Assembly: GCA_023265685.1 (NCBI GenBank)
Contig: JAHFSP010000005.1
Location: 1-61,792, forward strand
Length of the DNA: 61,792 nucleotides
Source of the DNA: Candidatus Woesearchaeota archaeon
GTDB lineage: Archaea; Nanobdellota; Nanobdellia; Woesearchaeales; GW2011-AR9
Reading direction: 5' to 3'
How positions within the stretch are numbered: position 1 is the stretch's first letter; each line of letters begins with the position of its first letter. This document shows positions 59,957-61,792 of this stretch, piece by piece. Made by a program: the position numbers and the translations under genes. Under the pieces are notes generated by a model. That model saw nothing but the letters and a program-made list of their open reading frames with translations, was not told the DNA's origin and did not search any database.

Positions 59957-60663
59957 AATCCACCTTTCTCAATTTTCGCCAAAACAGCAAGTATTTCACG
60001 AAGACTTTTTACCGAAGCAGTCGCCATCTTCTTTCCTTTCTCATCATTTCTTCCCCTACCCCATTGAACATGAATCGTTTTCATCCCCAACAACGTCGCC
60101 GGCATCAAATCCGTATCAAATTTATCCCCAATAACCACGCTCTTTAAAGGCGAAATCTGAAAATGTTTAATCACCTCTTGATACGCCACCTTCTTGTCAT
60201 AGACCGAAGTAATAATAATCTTACGAAAAAGAGTAGAGGCAATACCTGCACTCACCATCTTATGAAACTGCAACCTCTCCTCACCTTTTGAAACGAGAAC
60301 TAAAATATGCACAGAAGATAACTCATTCAAAACCTCGCAAGTCCCAGGTAACACAGTATACACATTCTTATCCAAATTACCATAATACGCTTTCTCACCA
60401 ATCAAAAAGAATTTTTGAGCATCACCACTTTTCTCAAACCTAATTACTTCTAAACTAACCGCTTCTAAAAACGACTTCAGTGCAGCTGATCCAGTTATAG
60501 CACCAGCATCAATCTCTCGTAAGCGACGTAAAGCATCTTCTCTACCCCACGGCAACTTCAGCCCCGCAGCACACATTGCATCAAGAGCATCCACTGTTTT
60601 ATATTCACGTGCAACTCTCATCGAATCAATTAACGTATCATCAAGATCAAATATGAGTAACAA
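59953..60663 (-). CDS. HAD-superfamily hydrolase
   Basis: IFDLDDTL, LVSKG, VIGDKFDTD..PA..LGM.T. Confidence 0.92.
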   Translation of the reverse strand: MLLIFDLDDTLIDSMRVAREYKTVDALDAMCAAGLKLPWGREDALRRLREIDAGAITGSAALKSFLEAVSLEVIRFEKSGDAQKFFLIGEKAYYGNLDKNVYTVLPGTCEVLNELSSVHILVLVSKGEERLQFHKMVSAGIASTLFRKIIITSVYDKKVAYQEVIKHFQISPLKSVVIGDKFDTDLMPATLLGMKTIHVQWGRGRNDEKGKKMATASVKSLREILAVLAKIEKGGL

Positions 60664-61621
60664 TCTCCATCACCTGCTTTGCAACTTTTTCTGGGTCATG
60701 ACGAATTAACGCTCGTTGACTTGCCAACGCATCGCCAGTCTTACGCGTACCAATCGTACCACTCAATAAATCTGCCCGCACCACCCGAGAATCATCACCT
60801 AAATCATCCATAACTAATTCAGCCTCTGTTGCATAACGTTTGAGAACGAATGCAGAGGGTGATGCCGTATTGACAAGAATAGATGTGAAAATATCCTCAT
60901 CCAAGAATTTGGTAATCTCACGAACATAATCACTCGTCTTAAAGCCACTTGTTTGACCCTTACGATTCATCAGATTTACCAACAATATTTTCTGCGCCTT
61001 CGTCTTACACAAAGCAGTACGAATCTTATCAATAAGTAAAACTGGAATCAGAGAAGTATACAAACCTCCCGGAGCGATCACCACAGCATCAGCAGCCAAA
61101 ATTTCATCGACCGCATGCTGATCCACACGAGGTTTTGGTTCAAGATAAATGGTTTTATAGCCTTGATCAAGCTTATCAGAAGTATAAATCTCCCCTTCTC
61201 CATTAAGTAACGTACCATCGGCAAGTACCATGCGTAAGCGCACTTGATTTGTCGTTGCAGGAATCACCTGTCCTTTAATTGCCAGAATCCGACCAACTTC
61301 TTCCACAGCTTGTTCAAAACTTCCAGTAACTTTTTCAAGCGCCGAAAGAAAAATATTACCAAAACTGTGGCCTTTAAGACCACCATTCTCAAAACGATAA
61401 TTCATCAAATCACGCATCAAATCACTTGAATTAGAAAGAGCAACCAGACATTGCCGTACATCACCTGGAGGAAGAACGCCCAACTCATCACGCAAAATTC
61501 CCGTACTTCCACCATCATCAGCCATGGAAACAATCGCACTGATATCTACATTATATCGTTTCAAACCACTCAAGACAACAAAATTCCCCGTTCCACCACC
61601 GATCACAACAATTTTAGTCAT
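60647..61621 (-). CDS. yvcK: YvcK/GlmR (CofD-like) family protein
   Basis: VVIGGGTG, ADDGGSTG.LR.ELG.LPPGD.R.CL, GHSFGN, APGGLYTS.IP, IRHDP.K. Confidence 0.93.
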   Translation of the reverse strand: MTKIVVIGGGTGNFVVLSGLKRYNVDISAIVSMADDGGSTGILRDELGVLPPGDVRQCLVALSNSSDLMRDLMNYRFENGGLKGHSFGNIFLSALEKVTGSFEQAVEEVGRILAIKGQVIPATTNQVRLRMVLADGTLLNGEGEIYTSDKLDQGYKTIYLEPKPRVDQHAVDEILAADAVVIAPGGLYTSLIPVLLIDKIRTALCKTKAQKILLVNLMNRKGQTSGFKTSDYVREITKFLDEDIFTSILVNTASPSAFVLKRYATEAELVMDDLGDDSRVVRADLLSGTIGTRKTGDALASQRALIRHDPEKVAKQVMEIVTHI

Positions 61622-61684
61622 AAAACAAGTACAAGAAAAGCATCTTTTAAAGGTTATGGAAGAGAAAAATGAGTAAGAAAATAA

Positions 61685-61734
61685 AGAACGGCCTACCCCG
61701 GGCTAAAAGCCACGGGGCATTTATCGGCCGTTCT
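61685..61734. repeat. GC-rich palindromic REP/IS200-IS605-end-like element
   Basis: AGAACGGCC...GGCCGTTCT outer stem with inner CCCCG-GGCT-AAA-AGCC-A-CGGGG-CATT. Confidence 0.55.
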
Positions 61735-61792
61735 ACTTTATTAAATTAGTTTTTTCTGGTTCGAACCAACCCATTTATTTGATTCATCAATG

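Noticed and set aside
61755-61772. GGTTCGAACC resembling a tRNA T-loop
   Set aside because: Short palindrome with no cloverleaf in AT-rich context.
1-61792. Alternative genetic code or stop-codon readthrough
   Set aside because: Conserved genes are full length under the standard code, with TAA, TAG and TGA all used as stops.

Overview
Chromosomal segment of an archaeon, most consistent with a DPANN lineage such as Woesearchaeota. Evidence: archaeal PolB, LonB, rps8e, S-layer protein, AMP phosphorylase, TATA-led and often leaderless genes, BHB-intron tRNAs, mixed with bacterial-type GAPDH, RNase HIII, DapD, DAHP synthase and a long RelA/SpoT homologue. About 50 CDS and two tRNA-Val genes, each with two BHB introns. 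The most striking unexplained structure lies directly behind both tRNA genes: a shared 71-bp hairpin element followed by a second copy of that tRNA's own 3' end, interrupted in the T-loop by a BHB-like intron. Also notable: a hydrolase-dead long RSH, a DUF2322-DapD fusion, a HemK-kinase fusion, several apparent pseudoenzymes, Cys-rich secreted paralogues sharing a post-TM 'GNA' motif, unannotated small ORFs and a strong strand-linked compositional skew. No CRISPR array, rRNA, integrase or transposase was seen. All family assignments come from motif recognition by eye, not from database searches.
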